From assembly GCA_963809895.1 (NCBI GenBank), contig CAWELD010000003.1:384001-448000 (forward strand): 64,000 bases of DNA, written 5' to 3'. Source of the stretch: an uncultured Gemmatimonadales bacterium. Lineage in GTDB: Bacteria > Gemmatimonadota > Gemmatimonadetes > Longimicrobiales > Gaopeijiaceae. Below the pieces are notes generated by a model, which had not been told where the DNA came from, made no database searches, and worked only from the letters and a program-made list of their open reading frames with translations. Of the stretch, positions 21,501 to 31,700 are shown in pieces (within the stretch, counting starts at the first letter, position 1; the number at the start of each line of letters is the position of its first letter). The position numbers and the translations under genes are program-made.

Positions 21501-22175
21501 TCAGTCGTCCGGAGCCCCCGGCAGGGCGTCCAACTCGTCTCCCTCCAGGGGCGCGACCCGGGCCACGCCGCCGTCCATCTCCACCACCACCACGGAGGTC
21601 CACGACTCGGGATCCCCGTGGGCGCTGGAGTGGGGCAGCGCGCGCAGCGTGACCCGGTGCAGGCCCCGCTCCACCACCACCGTTCCAGGGCTGTGCGCAA
21701 GCAGAGGCAGCGTGACCGTGCCGGTGCGTCCCACGAGGTCCCGATCCATGGGCTGTGTGCCGCTCTCGGTGGCGCGCAGGTAGTAGAAGAGCGCACTCAC
21801 CAGCGCCCCGGCCAGCGCGCCGCCCAGGAGCGCGAACAGGAAGGATGCGGTGGGCCCTTTTCCCAGGAGGGTGAGGGCCAGGCCCGTGGCGCCGAAGCCG
21901 AACAGCCCGTACACCACGGTCCGCAGCGAGAAGATGCGGGCTGCGGCGTGATCGTGGGCGATGTCCACGTCGTGCTGCAGGTCCATGTCGCCCTGAAAAT
22001 CCACATCGCCCTGGAAATCCACGTCGCCGTGCACGTCCAGGCCACCGTGCAGGTCCAGACCGCCCACATCCACGTCTCCCCCCAGGTCCACATCGCTGTC
22101 GTGGGCGCCGCCCAGGAGCGAGACGAGGAGGAAGCCACCTCCAAGGACCAGAGAGAAGACGTAGAGAGCGAACAC
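21501..22175 (-). CDS. NfeD-like (YqiJ/YuaF-type) flotillin partner with Asp/His/Gly-rich repeats
   Basis: TM helices, FGFGATG, C-terminal OB-fold-like LVGRTGTVTLP; upstream of the flotillin. Confidence 0.8.
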   Translation of the reverse strand: MFALYVFSLVLGGGFLLVSLLGGAHDSDVDLGGDVDVGGLDLHGGLDVHGDVDFQGDVDFQGDMDLQHDVDIAHDHAAARIFSLRTVVYGLFGFGATGLALTLLGKGPTASFLFALLGGALAGALVSALFYYLRATESGTQPMDRDLVGRTGTVTLPLLAHSPGTVVVERGLHRVTLRALPHSSAHGDPESWTSVVVVEMDGGVARVAPLEGDELDALPGAPDD

Positions 22176-22273
22176 GGATGAGCTCCTGGACGCGAATCGG
22201 AGGGTGTCAGCAAGATACGCGGGGCGGCGCCCACGCGCACGGATCTCGCGTCGCGGCGCGGTGCCGCCGCGAA

Positions 22274-22302
22274 TTGACCCCTCCGAGCACCGCCGCTAGC
22301 TT
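22274..22302 (+). promoter_or_regulatory. sigma70-type promoter of ychF
   Basis: TTGACC-N17-TAGCTT, same hexamers as the ffs promoter. Confidence 0.65.
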
Positions 22303-22312
22303 GTCTCCGCAG

Positions 22313-22342
22313 CGCGCGCCGGGCTCCGGCGCGCGATTTTTT
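22313..22342 (+). terminator. Terminator-like hairpin in the ychF leader
   Basis: CGCGCGCCGG-GCT-CCGGCGCGCG-A-TTTTTT. Confidence 0.55.
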
Positions 22343-22365
22343 CGTCCGCCATCCGCCGGGACATC

Positions 22366-23463
22366 ATGCTGAAGGTCGGCATCGTGGGACTCCCCAACGT
22401 GGGCAAGTCCTCGCTCTTCAACGCCCTCACCGCCGTGGGCGCTCCGTCCGAGAACTATCCGTTCTGCACGGTGGATCCCAACATCGGCACCGTGGAGGTG
22501 CCCGATCCCCGGTTGGACCGCATCCACGCCCTGGCGCAGTCGAAGACCCGTGTGCCCACCGTGATCCAGTTCGTGGACATTGCCGGGCTGGTGGAGGGCG
22601 CGTCGGAAGGGGAGGGGCTGGGCAACCAGTTCCTGGCCAACATCCGCGAGGTGGACGCCATCGCCCACGTCCTGCGCTGCTTCGACGATCCCGACATCGC
22701 TCACGTCATGGGCTCGGTGGATCCCGTGCGCGACCGGGCCATCGTCGAGACCGAGCTGGCGCTCTCGGACCTGGAGATGGTGGAGCGGCGCCTGGACCGC
22801 GTCGGCAAGAAGGCCAAGTCCGGCGAGAAGGACGCGCAGCGCGAGCTGGCCGTGCTCGAGAAGGTCTTCGCCGCGCTGTCCGAGGGACGCCCCGTCCGCA
22901 AGCTCGTGCTGGACCCCGAGGAGCGGCGCATCCTGAAGAGCTTCCAGCTCCTCACCGCCAAGCCCGTGCTGTACGTGGTGAACGTGGCCGAAGAGGACCT
23001 GCCCAGCGGCGACAATCCCTGGGTGCGAGCGCTACGCAAGGTGGTCGAGGAGGAAGACGCCGGCGAGATCGTCCCGGTCTGCTCGGCCATCGAGTCCGAG
23101 CTCGCCGAGCTCGACGAGGAGCACCGCCTGGAGTTCCTGAAGGAGCTGGGGCTGGAGGAGTCCGGCCTCAACCGCCTCATCCACGCCGCCTACCACCTCC
23201 TGGGACTCATCACCTTCTTCACCACCGGCGAGAACGAGTCCCGGGCCTGGACCGCCCGCCGCGGCATGACCGCCCCCGAGACCGCCGGCCTCATCCACTC
23301 GGACTTCCAGCGGGGCTTCATCCGCGCCGAGACCATCGCCTACGACACCTTCTGCGAGATCGGCTCCTGGAAGGACGCCCGGGACAAGGGCCTCCTGCGT
23401 TCCGAGGGGAAGGACTACGTGGTGCAGGATGCGGATATCATCCTGTTCCGCTTCAACGTGTAA
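22366..23463 (+). CDS. ychF: Redox-regulated ATPase YchF
   Basis: [67 protein letters not shown]. Confidence 0.98.
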   Translation: MLKVGIVGLPNVGKSSLFNALTAVGAPSENYPFCTVDPNIGTVEVPDPRLDRIHALAQSKTRVPTVIQFVDIAGLVEGASEGEGLGNQFLANIREVDAIAHVLRCFDDPDIAHVMGSVDPVRDRAIVETELALSDLEMVERRLDRVGKKAKSGEKDAQRELAVLEKVFAALSEGRPVRKLVLDPEERRILKSFQLLTAKPVLYVVNVAEEDLPSGDNPWVRALRKVVEEEDAGEIVPVCSAIESELAELDEEHRLEFLKELGLEESGLNRLIHAAYHLLGLITFFTTGENESRAWTARRGMTAPETAGLIHSDFQRGFIRAETIAYDTFCEIGSWKDARDKGLLRSEGKDYVVQDADIILFRFNV

Positions 23464-23480
23464 GGGGTGCGCTCTGCGAG

Positions 23481-24017
23481 TCAGCCCAACTCGTCGGCCG
23501 TTCGGACCACCCACTGCACCAGGGCGGTCCTCCGATCTTCGGTGATGGGGAGAACCTGAATCCGCGACAATAGGGTCTCGGTCTCCACCAATCCTTCCAC
23601 GAGAAGGACGCGTACGAACATTCTGTCCTTCTCGCGGGAGGCTACCAGCTTGCTAGCCGCGAGATCATGCGCCTCGATGCAATGCCCCGTGTTGCCTCGG
23701 GTGCCCACGATGTCGGAAACGGCGATCGTGCGTTGCTCCCACCCGTGCGGCAGAGTCGCTGCCTCGATCGAGACACCGTGAACGTAGAAGCCGTGAGTCG
23801 CGTGAAACTGGGACAACTCTCCGAGGGAAGCGTCGATAGCATCGACCTCGTCGGGCCGATTCAGCGGTTGGACATCCACCTCGATCGAGGTACGGAGTTC
23901 CGGAGGAGCGTCAGGGTACTCACCCAGGATGGCCTGCGAGCCGAAGATCAGTACGTCTGTATCGCCTGAAACCTCGCATGCCGCGCGGATCGCGTGCTCG
24001 AGTTGCTGGCGAGTCAC
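23481..24017 (-). CDS. DUF6036-like nucleotidyltransferase (putative toxin)
   Basis: LEHAIRAA, IFGSQAILG, SIEVDV, GELSQFHATHGFY, DLAASKL...REKD. Confidence 0.8.
   Translation of the reverse strand: MTRQQLEHAIRAACEVSGDTDVLIFGSQAILGEYPDAPPELRTSIEVDVQPLNRPDEVDAIDASLGELSQFHATHGFYVHGVSIEAATLPHGWEQRTIAVSDIVGTRGNTGHCIEAHDLAASKLVASREKDRMFVRVLLVEGLVETETLLSRIQVLPITEDRRTALVQWVVRTADELG
23485..23507 (+). repeat. 23-bp direct repeat, copy 1
   Basis: CCCAACTCGTCGGCCGTTCGGAC, identical to 25322-25344. Confidence 0.9.
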
Positions 24018-24940
24018 TTCTGTGTCTCGAGCGATGACAGGAGTTCTTCGCGCTCATCGTGGGTCAGCACGGCGAAGAATGGTGAGCTCTGCCGCAACCG
24101 CTGAGCCCGGGCGGTGTCCGCCACGAGGAAGTCCTTGAGGCGTTGAGGTGAGTAGTGAGCCAGGATGTCTCGCCATTCCTTGATGTCGTGCGATGCCGGA
24201 CCCTGGTCCCTGGTCAACAGGAGGTCGATGTGGCGTTCGGCCCGACGGCGCAGTGACGGATCCCGGTCGAGCATGCCAGCGATGACCTCACTCACCTTCT
24301 TGGCGCGCTCAACGCTTGCCTCATGTGTACTCGGTGACGCGGGCCCACGGGCGGCGGGCGCGTGATGACCGGCCAGGATGGTCTTCCCTCCAAGCTCGAG
24401 GGACTCGACTTCCGCGCGTGAGAAGAAGTGGAGTTCGATGGTGAGGTCGAATCCGCCTTCTACCTCTGCGATGCGCTCGCGGATCGCACCTTCGAGATAG
24501 ATCAAGGATCGCCCATCAGCCACAATGCCCATGTGAAGTGGCTCGCCAGCCGCAGTGGGGGACTCCCTAATCCAGGCCAGATTGATCTCGGGTAGCCCTT
24601 GGAGGACCTCGCGAAGCTCCTCCAGGAATGCCTGATGACGAGCCTGTTCCGCGCGGAAGAGCTCCCGAAGCTGGTGGGAGAGCGGGTCCGAGTCCCTCAT
24701 CCTGAACCTCTGCGCTCGACCGCCGCCGATCAGTTCTACAAAGCCGGTTCGCGCCAGGCGCCTGAGCGCCCGGCGGGCGCCTGCCTCGGTCAAACCCACC
24801 TGCTCCGCAGCCTCGGGGGCGCCGATCGGCCCCGAGACCTCATTGGCGAGGAGCCTCAGCAGGCGAACGTTGGCCTTCGTGCCGAGAAGGTCGTTCAGCG
24901 GTGTGCGGATGAAGTCCTGAGGGATAGCGATTGGCTGCAT
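24014..24940 (-). CDS. Winged-HTH + degenerate nucleotidyltransferase + helical domain protein (putative antitoxin/regulator)
   Basis: N-terminal wHTH; middle NTase-like fold lacking GS and DxD; C-terminal RLRQSSPF motif; 4-bp overlap with the downstream NTase gene. Confidence 0.7.
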   Translation of the reverse strand: MQPIAIPQDFIRTPLNDLLGTKANVRLLRLLANEVSGPIGAPEAAEQVGLTEAGARRALRRLARTGFVELIGGGRAQRFRMRDSDPLSHQLRELFRAEQARHQAFLEELREVLQGLPEINLAWIRESPTAAGEPLHMGIVADGRSLIYLEGAIRERIAEVEGGFDLTIELHFFSRAEVESLELGGKTILAGHHAPAARGPASPSTHEASVERAKKVSEVIAGMLDRDPSLRRRAERHIDLLLTRDQGPASHDIKEWRDILAHYSPQRLKDFLVADTARAQRLRQSSPFFAVLTHDEREELLSSLETQK

Positions 24941-24959
24941 GGCGGTACGCGTCTATCGA

Positions 24960-24997
24960 AAACAATACATCAGTATTGTTTAGGATACACATGTATC
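24960..24997. promoter_or_regulatory. Twin palindromic operators upstream of the HTH gene
   Basis: AAACAATAC-ATCA-GTATTGTTT and GATACA-CA-TGTATC; both have the core ATAC-N4-GTAT, 20 bp apart, in AT-rich DNA. Confidence 0.7.
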
Positions 24998-25321
24998 TAT
25001 TATCGCGCAAGCCTCACCTCCCAGCCCGGAAACTGACCTCCCTCGGCTGAACGTCGGTCGTCATCGAGGCACATACGCCACGGTCCGGATTCGGGGCTCG
25101 CGTCCCAAAGTCACGGTGAACAGTTCCACGCCGCGATCGCCCGCGCCGGCGACAATCTGCACCCGGAAGGGCAGCCGGCCGGGCGCGTGGACCTGCCCGC
25201 AAGCCTGCGCGTGCTCGTCGCCACGCGTGAGCGCCTGTGGGGCACCGAGACCGATCGCCTGGGCGTATCCCATCTGCGGCGCTTCGCCATCACGTCGGAT
25301 GGGACGGAACCGTAGCGTATC

Positions 25322-25344
25322 CCCAACTCGTCGGCCGTTCGGAC
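25322..25344 (+). repeat. 23-bp direct repeat, copy 2
   Basis: Identical to 23485-23507. Confidence 0.9.
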
Positions 25345-25422
25345 TTGCTTGCGTCGTTCCCCGCTCGGAGCTTGTCCAGAGCGTGCGGTCTGCTTTCGGT
25401 CTCGGTTTCCGGAGAAGGATTG

Positions 25423-26169
25423 GTGTTCAGCAACGTCTACGACGATGACACTCGGGCATCGGCCTACGCAGGCCTGGAGTTTCCCGGCACGTACTACCTG
25501 GCGTTCCGAGACATCCCCTCGCTCCTGCGCGAGCACGTGCGCGGGCGCTCGGCGCTCGACTTCGGGTGCGGCGCGGGCCGGTCGACCCGATTTCTCCGCG
25601 AGCTCGGGTTCGACGTGACGGGAGTGGACATCTCGTCGTCGATGTTGGCCCAGGCCCGGGCGCGCGACCCGGAAGGAAACTACCTCCTCGTGCCCGATGG
25701 CGATCTCAGCGCCCTGCCGAGCGCGGCCTTGGACTTGATCTTCAGCGCCTTCACCTTCGACAACATCCCGGGACGAGACGCTCGCGCGCGTCTCTTCGGC
25801 GAGCTCCGCCGCGTGCTGGCGCCTCACGGCAAGTTGGTGAACCTCGTTTCGGCCCCGGAGATCTACCTCAACGAGTGGGCCTCGTTCACCACTCGCGACT
25901 TTGTCGAGAACCGCTCAGCGCGGTCCGGCGATCGGGTTCGCATCGTGATGCTCGACGTGCCGGACCGACGTCCCGTGGAAGACGTATTGTGGTTGGACAG
26001 TGACTACCGCGAGCACTACCGCAGCGCAGGCCTCGAGGTGGTGTTGCTCCACCGCCCTCTCGGACGGGGCGACGATCCCCAACGGTGGGTGTCCGAAATG
26101 CACACATCGCCCTGGGCCGTCTATGTCCTCGCGCCGGACGGCACCGTACCGAGCATCGATCGTCCGTGA
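25423..26169 (+). CDS. Class I SAM-dependent methyltransferase
   Basis: ALDFGCGAGRS, GVDISSSML, RVLAPHG; GGAGAAGG RBS before TTG/GTG. Confidence 0.9.
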   Translation: MFSNVYDDDTRASAYAGLEFPGTYYLAFRDIPSLLREHVRGRSALDFGCGAGRSTRFLRELGFDVTGVDISSSMLAQARARDPEGNYLLVPDGDLSALPSAALDLIFSAFTFDNIPGRDARARLFGELRRVLAPHGKLVNLVSAPEIYLNEWASFTTRDFVENRSARSGDRVRIVMLDVPDRRPVEDVLWLDSDYREHYRSAGLEVVLLHRPLGRGDDPQRWVSEMHTSPWAVYVLAPDGTVPSIDRP

Positions 26170-26203
26170 CCGGTCAGGGTGTGTCGCCGGGGTGATTCAC
26201 CGT

Positions 26204-26277
26204 CGGGCGCGAGGCAGATGGGGGCTGGCGCTCCTTGGTTCCTGCGCCAGGGGGGGCGCCCCATCTGCCTGTGCCCG
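26204..26277. repeat. Long imperfect inverted repeat between convergent genes
   Basis: AGGCAGATGGGG/CCCCATCTGCCT outer stem plus CTGGCGC/GCGCCAG inner stem. Confidence 0.65.
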
Positions 26278-26296
26278 TGATTTCAACCGGCGAGGG

Positions 26297-28117
26297 TCAG
26301 CCGCCCCCGCCCGCGGCCGCCCCGCTGTTCTGGTTGTCTCTCCCGGGCTTCGGCCAGGCGCTGGCGGCCAGTCCCATGGACCCGGTCTTCACCGCGTAGA
26401 TCTCGCCGGTGAGCTGTGAGGCCACGTAGGCGGTGCCATCGGCCGCGATGGGCGAGGAGCCCTTGATCACCTTGAACTCCCCGTTGACCTCGAACTGCCA
26501 GAGCTCGGAGCCCGCCGCGTCGTAGGCGTGAAGGATCCCCACGCCCCCGAACACGCACCCGCCCACGGGAACGTAGAGCGTCCCGTCGGCGCCCACGGTG
26601 ACGCCCCCGTACTCCGCGGGGCACCCGGAGAGCGGATCGCGCCACGCCTCGGACCCGTCGGAATTCAAGGCGTAGACGGTGCCCACCGGGTCGGTGTCGT
26701 CCTGACTTCCGCCCGACGTGACGTAGATCGTGCCGTCGGCGGCGAGGGCCGGCGACGTGAACACCGCGCCGCCGGTCTGGTAGGTCCACGCCAGGGAGCC
26801 GTCGGGATTCAAGGCGTAGAGCTTGCCGTCCGTCGTAAATATGCCGGAGCCGGAGTCGAACGAACCGGTGCCCCCGACGTAGATCGTACCGTCTTCGGCG
26901 ATGGCGGGGGCACTCCCACTCCCGTCGAGCTCGTACGTCCAGTCCACCGATCCGTCGGAGGCGTCGAGCGCCACCAGGCGCCCGTTGGCCGTTTCGTCTT
27001 TCGCGGCGTACAGAGTGCCCCCGGCCCCCAGCGCCATGCGGTACCCCGCGCTACCGCCGTCGCTGTATGTCCAGAGCTGGGTGCCGGCGGAGCTCACCGC
27101 ATGGATCGTCGGCGGGTCGAGGAAGTTGTCGTCGCTCACGTAGACCGTGCCGTCGGGGCCGACGACCGGGGTGCCGGACACTCCGAACACTCCGCCCACC
27201 GTGTAGGTCCACTTCGCGGTGCCGTCGGGATTGAGGGCATAGAGGGTTCCGGCGCCGCTTCCGAAGTGGATGGTTCCGTCGGGGGCCACGCTGGGTGGGC
27301 CCGCGATGTACTCGTCGGCGGTGAAGGACCAGGCTACGGTGCCGTCGGGGGCCAGAGCGAAGAGCATCGCCTGATCGGCGTTGGTCGCGGCGTAGATCGT
27401 GCCGTCGGCGGCCATCGCCGTACCCACGAGCTCGCCTCCGACCGTGGTGGCCCAGCGGTACATGCCGGCCAGTGTCTCGCACGCCAGGGTGAAGGAGGCC
27501 TCGGCCGTCTCACTCTCGGTAATCGTGACGGTAGCGGTGGCCTCGGAGGTGATCTGGCAATTGGTCGCCACCGAGGTGAGCTCCACCGTGACTTCGCCCA
27601 GGGGGAGGCCGTCGATCACCTTCATTCCGTTGGTGCTCAGGCTCGCCGACGAGCTGCCGATGTTCAGCAGGTAGCCGTTGGCGTCGAGAGCGCCGGGGTC
27701 GCCGGCGGTTTCGGTGGTGACCCGGAGGTTTCCTCGGATCGCCACGGTGATCGTCGCATTCCCCTGATGGCTGGACGACGTCGCGGTGATGGTCGCGCTC
27801 CCGTCGCCCACGGCCGTCACCAGGCCCGATGCGCTCACCGTGGCCACCGACTCGGCGTCAGAGCCCCAGGTCACGGTCTGCCCGCTCATGGTCTGCCCGT
27901 TCTGGTCGCGGACGGAGGCGTTGAGCTGGGTGGTGGCTCCCGTGCTCGACAGGGTCTTCGAGGTGGGCGAAACCACCACCGTGGTTGCGACCGGGGTCTC
28001 CTCCTCGGGGCCGGTCCCGCTGTCGGAGCATGCGGCCAGTGCGAACATGGATACGACGGGGAGGATCAACGCCAGATAGACGCGGCGGGCGCGTTGGGAG
28101 GAGGGCCGTCCAGGCAT
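26297..28117 (-). CDS. Lipoprotein with Ig-like (Big_2) domain and PQQ-like beta-propeller
   Basis: Lipobox LAAC; VRDQNG...VTWGSD..VATVSASGLVTAVGDG; repeated P....DGTIY...LYALNPDG...W. Confidence 0.85.
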   Translation of the reverse strand: MPGRPSSQRARRVYLALILPVVSMFALAACSDSGTGPEEETPVATTVVVSPTSKTLSSTGATTQLNASVRDQNGQTMSGQTVTWGSDAESVATVSASGLVTAVGDGSATITATSSSHQGNATITVAIRGNLRVTTETAGDPGALDANGYLLNIGSSSASLSTNGMKVIDGLPLGEVTVELTSVATNCQITSEATATVTITESETAEASFTLACETLAGMYRWATTVGGELVGTAMAADGTIYAATNADQAMLFALAPDGTVAWSFTADEYIAGPPSVAPDGTIHFGSGAGTLYALNPDGTAKWTYTVGGVFGVSGTPVVGPDGTVYVSDDNFLDPPTIHAVSSAGTQLWTYSDGGSAGYRMALGAGGTLYAAKDETANGRLVALDASDGSVDWTYELDGSGSAPAIAEDGTIYVGGTGSFDSGSGIFTTDGKLYALNPDGSLAWTYQTGGAVFTSPALAADGTIYVTSGGSQDDTDPVGTVYALNSDGSEAWRDPLSGCPAEYGGVTVGADGTLYVPVGGCVFGGVGILHAYDAAGSELWQFEVNGEFKVIKGSSPIAADGTAYVASQLTGEIYAVKTGSMGLAASAWPKPGRDNQNSGAAAGGGG

Positions 28118-28163
28118 GGCAGGACTCCGGTCCGTGGGGAGGATTGGGGTCGAACGCCCAACC

Positions 28164-28583
28164 TTAGCTCCGCGCCCCGTCCCCTCGATTGAACGCCTGT
28201 CGCGAACCCTTGCCATTTCGTTGCGCCGTGGCCTCCGTCGCGGAGCCATGCGGGTTCCGGGCCGCCCGGAAGTCGGTCGGCGGCATCCCGGTGTCGCGCT
28301 TGAAGCTCCGGGTGAAGTGGGCGGGATCCCGGTAGCCCACGGCCCGGGCGACGGCCCGGACCGTGCGATCCGTGGTCCGCAACAGGACTTCGGCGCGTGC
28401 CATGCGGGCCCGGCGGATCCGGGCCCCGGGCGGTGTGCCGCCGCTCTCCACCAGCCGCCTGTGAAGCCCCGAGCGACTCATGCCCATGGCGCCGGCCAGC
28501 GCGCCCACGTCGAAGGACGGGTCGGCGAGGCATGCCTCGATGATGTCCGTCACCCGCACGAGGAAGCTGGCGTGGTCGTGCAC
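28164..28583 (-). CDS. Stand-alone AraC-type HTH protein
   Basis: MGMSRSGLHRRL, VGYRDPAHFTRSFKRDTGMPP. Confidence 0.8.
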   Translation of the reverse strand: MHDHASFLVRVTDIIEACLADPSFDVGALAGAMGMSRSGLHRRLVESGGTPPGARIRRARMARAEVLLRTTDRTVRAVARAVGYRDPAHFTRSFKRDTGMPPTDFRAARNPHGSATEATAQRNGKGSRQAFNRGDGARS

Positions 28584-28731
28584 GGGGGAGCTCCGGCCGG
28601 GGGCGCGACATGGAGAGGCGGACGCCTGATCATGCCAGCCGCCGGGTCCCGGGCGCTTGCAGCCACGTTGCAGATCGCTGTCGATCCGTCGCAGTGCCCG
28701 GTGCGTGCCACCCCCGCCTCTTCGGCTCCTC

Positions 28732-31700
28732 CTACTCGGGGCCTCGCTCGCGGTACTCGCCCGGAGTGCACCCGAAGTGCCGCTTGAAGCTCCGGGTGAA
28801 GTGGGCCTGGTCGCTGAATCCGGTCTCGTACGCGATCCGGCCCAGGGAGTGCGAGCCGGCCTCGATCAGGTCCGCGGCCCGCTGGAGCCGCATGCCCCGG
28901 ACGAGCGTCCCCGGCGCCTGACCGAGCAGGGCCGTGAGCTTCCGGTGGAGCTGCGAGCGGCTCATGGCCACCGCCGCTGCCAGCTCCTCGACGGAAAAGC
29001 CCTGGTCGGCCATCCGCTCCTCGATCACCCGGCTCACCGAAGCCAGGAACTTCTGGTCGAGCGAGGTCCCCCCGACCTCCTCGGGCTTCAACCACAGCTC
29101 GCCGGCGTAACGAGCCCGGAGCAGCCGTCGGAGCTCCAACAGGCTGTGCACCCGACTCCGGAGCACACGCGCGCTGAACGGCTTGCCGAGATAGTCGTCC
29201 ACGCCGCTCTCCAGCCCCTCGACCCTGGCGTCGTCCGACACGCGGCCCGTCAGCATGACGATGGGAACGTGGCTCGTGCGCTCGTCGGCCCGGAGCCGTC
29301 GGGCCAGCTCCTTGCCGTCCATGCCCGGCATCCCGACGTCGGTGATCACCAGATCGGGGACGAGCTCGATGGCCCGGGCCAGCCCCGCAGCGCCGTCCGC
29401 GGCCTCCTCGATCCGATAGTCGGTGACCAGCTCCTGGCGCAGGAAGGCCCGGGTGTCTTCGTGGTCCTCCACGATGAGGACGATGGGGGGTTCGCCGTCC
29501 ACGGCGTCAGGCTCTTCGTCGGGTTCGCGATCCGCGTCGTCCGGAGCCGTGGGCGCCGCGGCGGGGGGGGTGTCCAGCGTCGCCCCATCCCGATCCAGCG
29601 GCAGCCGGATGTCGAAGCGAGTGCCCCGGCCCAGCTCGCTTTCGACGGTGATCGTCCCCCCGTGGAGCTCCACCAGCTCCCGCACCAACGCAAGCCCGAT
29701 CCCGGTACCCCCGGCCGGCGCGCCGGGCCTGGCAGCCACCTGATAGAAGCGGTCGAAGATCTGCGTCCGCGCCTCCGGAGGAATGCCCACTCCCGTATCC
29801 TCCACGGCGACGAGGGCGGCAGGAGCGCCGTCGTGACTCTCATGGTTCCCGTCACCGCTGTCACCACGGGGCACCTCACGCACCCGAGCCACGATCTCGC
29901 CTCCGTGGGGCGTGAACTTCAGGGCGTTGGAGAGGAGGTTGTTGACCACGCGTCGCATGCGATCGGGATCGAAGTGTGCCATGAGCGTGTCGAGATGCGA
30001 CTCCACTCGGAGCTCCACTCCCGCGGCGTCGGCTGCCGAACTGAAGTCGGCCACGGCGCGTCGCACCAGCTCGACCAGATCGCCCGCACGGAGGTCCAGC
30101 TCCAGGGCGCCCGCTTCGTAGCGCGACAGCTCCAGGAGCTCGTCGGTGAGCCGCTGGAGCTCCCGGGTCTGCCGCTCGGCCATGTCCAGCTTGCTGTCGG
30201 TGCCTGCGACGGTCCCCGGCACCGCACCCCGATCCTCCCGGGCCGACTCGATCTGTCCGAGGATGAGCGCCAGTGGCGTGCGATACTCGTGCGAGAGGTT
30301 GGCGAAGAGCCGCGAGCGGGTGTCGGCGAGCTCCCTGAGCCGGCGAGCTTCGGCTTGCTCCCGATCCAGGGTCGCGGCGAAGCGCCGCCGCCGGAGCTCC
30401 ATCGCCCGCACGAGGACGAGGGTGCCGAGCGCGAGGCTGGTCCAGAGGATCAGAGCCCAGGGCCGTCGCCACCAGGGCGACAGAATGTGGAAGGCGAACA
30501 CCGCCTCGTCGCTCCACACCCCGTTGGCGCTCGCGGCGCGCACGCGAAACCGGTAGCTCCCGGGCGCGAGGTTGGTGTAGCGCGCCCGCCGCTCGGTTCC
30601 CACCTGACGCCACGCCTCCTCCTGGCCGTCGAGACGGTAGGCGTAGGTGTTGGAGGCGGGGTCGGCGAAGTGGAGGCCCGTGTATTCGAAGATCAGGTCG
30701 CGGTCGGAGCTCGCGAGCTCGGGAGCGGCGGTCGACAGGTCCAGATCTCCTGCTCCCACCGCCTCCACCCGGTCGATCCGGATACGGGGCGGATGAGGGT
30801 TCCCTGCCGCCCCGGCGGGCTCGAATCGGAGGATGGCCCGCTCCAGACCGAAGGCCGCCACCCGTCCGTCGGCTGATGCCCACGCGCCCCCCGGCTGGAA
30901 GGCGCCGGGATCGGAGCTCCCGGGGGTGGGAAGGGTGCGCAGCGGCCCGGCCCCTGGCTCGATCTCGGTGAGTCCCGTGAAGGTCGAGACCCAGAGGTGG
31001 CCGCGGTCGTCGACCGTGAAGTCTTCGACGTAGTCGGTGGGAAGCCCCGTTGAGGTGTCGAGCCACCGACCGCAGCGACCTTCGGTAGGGTCGAATGCGC
31101 ACAGCCCACGTCCGTCGGTCCCCACCCACAGGCCCCCGGCCTCGTCGAAGTGCGCCACCCCCACCACGCGCCCGCTGCTCTCGTCGGGCCCGAGCACGCT
31201 TCCGGCGGCTTCGAGCGGGCCGCCCGCCGGCTTCCGGAGCACGCGCCCGTCCTGGCGCACCATCCAGAGGGCGCCCCCAGGGCCCGTCTCGATGGCCACC
31301 ACCGACCCCGGCTGCTGCCACACGGGCTCGGTCTCCAGGCCCGCGGCCTCCACCACGCCCGATGCGGGATCCAGCCACACCACCCCCGTGGCGGTGGCGA
31401 GCCACAGGCGGTCCTCGGCCCAGGCCATGTCCCATACCTGACCCAGTGGGTCGGCGCTCGGCGGTCGAAAGGGCTCCAGCGTGGGCTCCGCCGCGTCCGG
31501 ATCGATCCTGCACAGCCCGACGTCGCGGTCCCAGTAGCCGACCCAGAGCGTCCCGTCGGGCGCGCGGAGCAGGCTCGAGAGCCACTCCAGCACGTTGGGA
31601 GCCCCCAGTCCCGGGCAGGTCCACACCGCGTCCCTCCCCTCGTCGACGCTCCAACGGACCAACGCCCCCCCGTCGCCATACCAGATCGTAGACGCGTCTG

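Noticed and set aside
25014..25320. Short ORFs between the HTH gene and the second direct repeat
   Set aside because: No RBS or motif and several conflicting frames; a remnant cannot be excluded but a call is not supportable.
26400..27460. Recurring DNA motifs (GCCGTCGG..., GTAGA...) resembling a repeat array
   Set aside because: They encode PQQ-like propeller blades; they are degenerate and coding, so not CRISPR.
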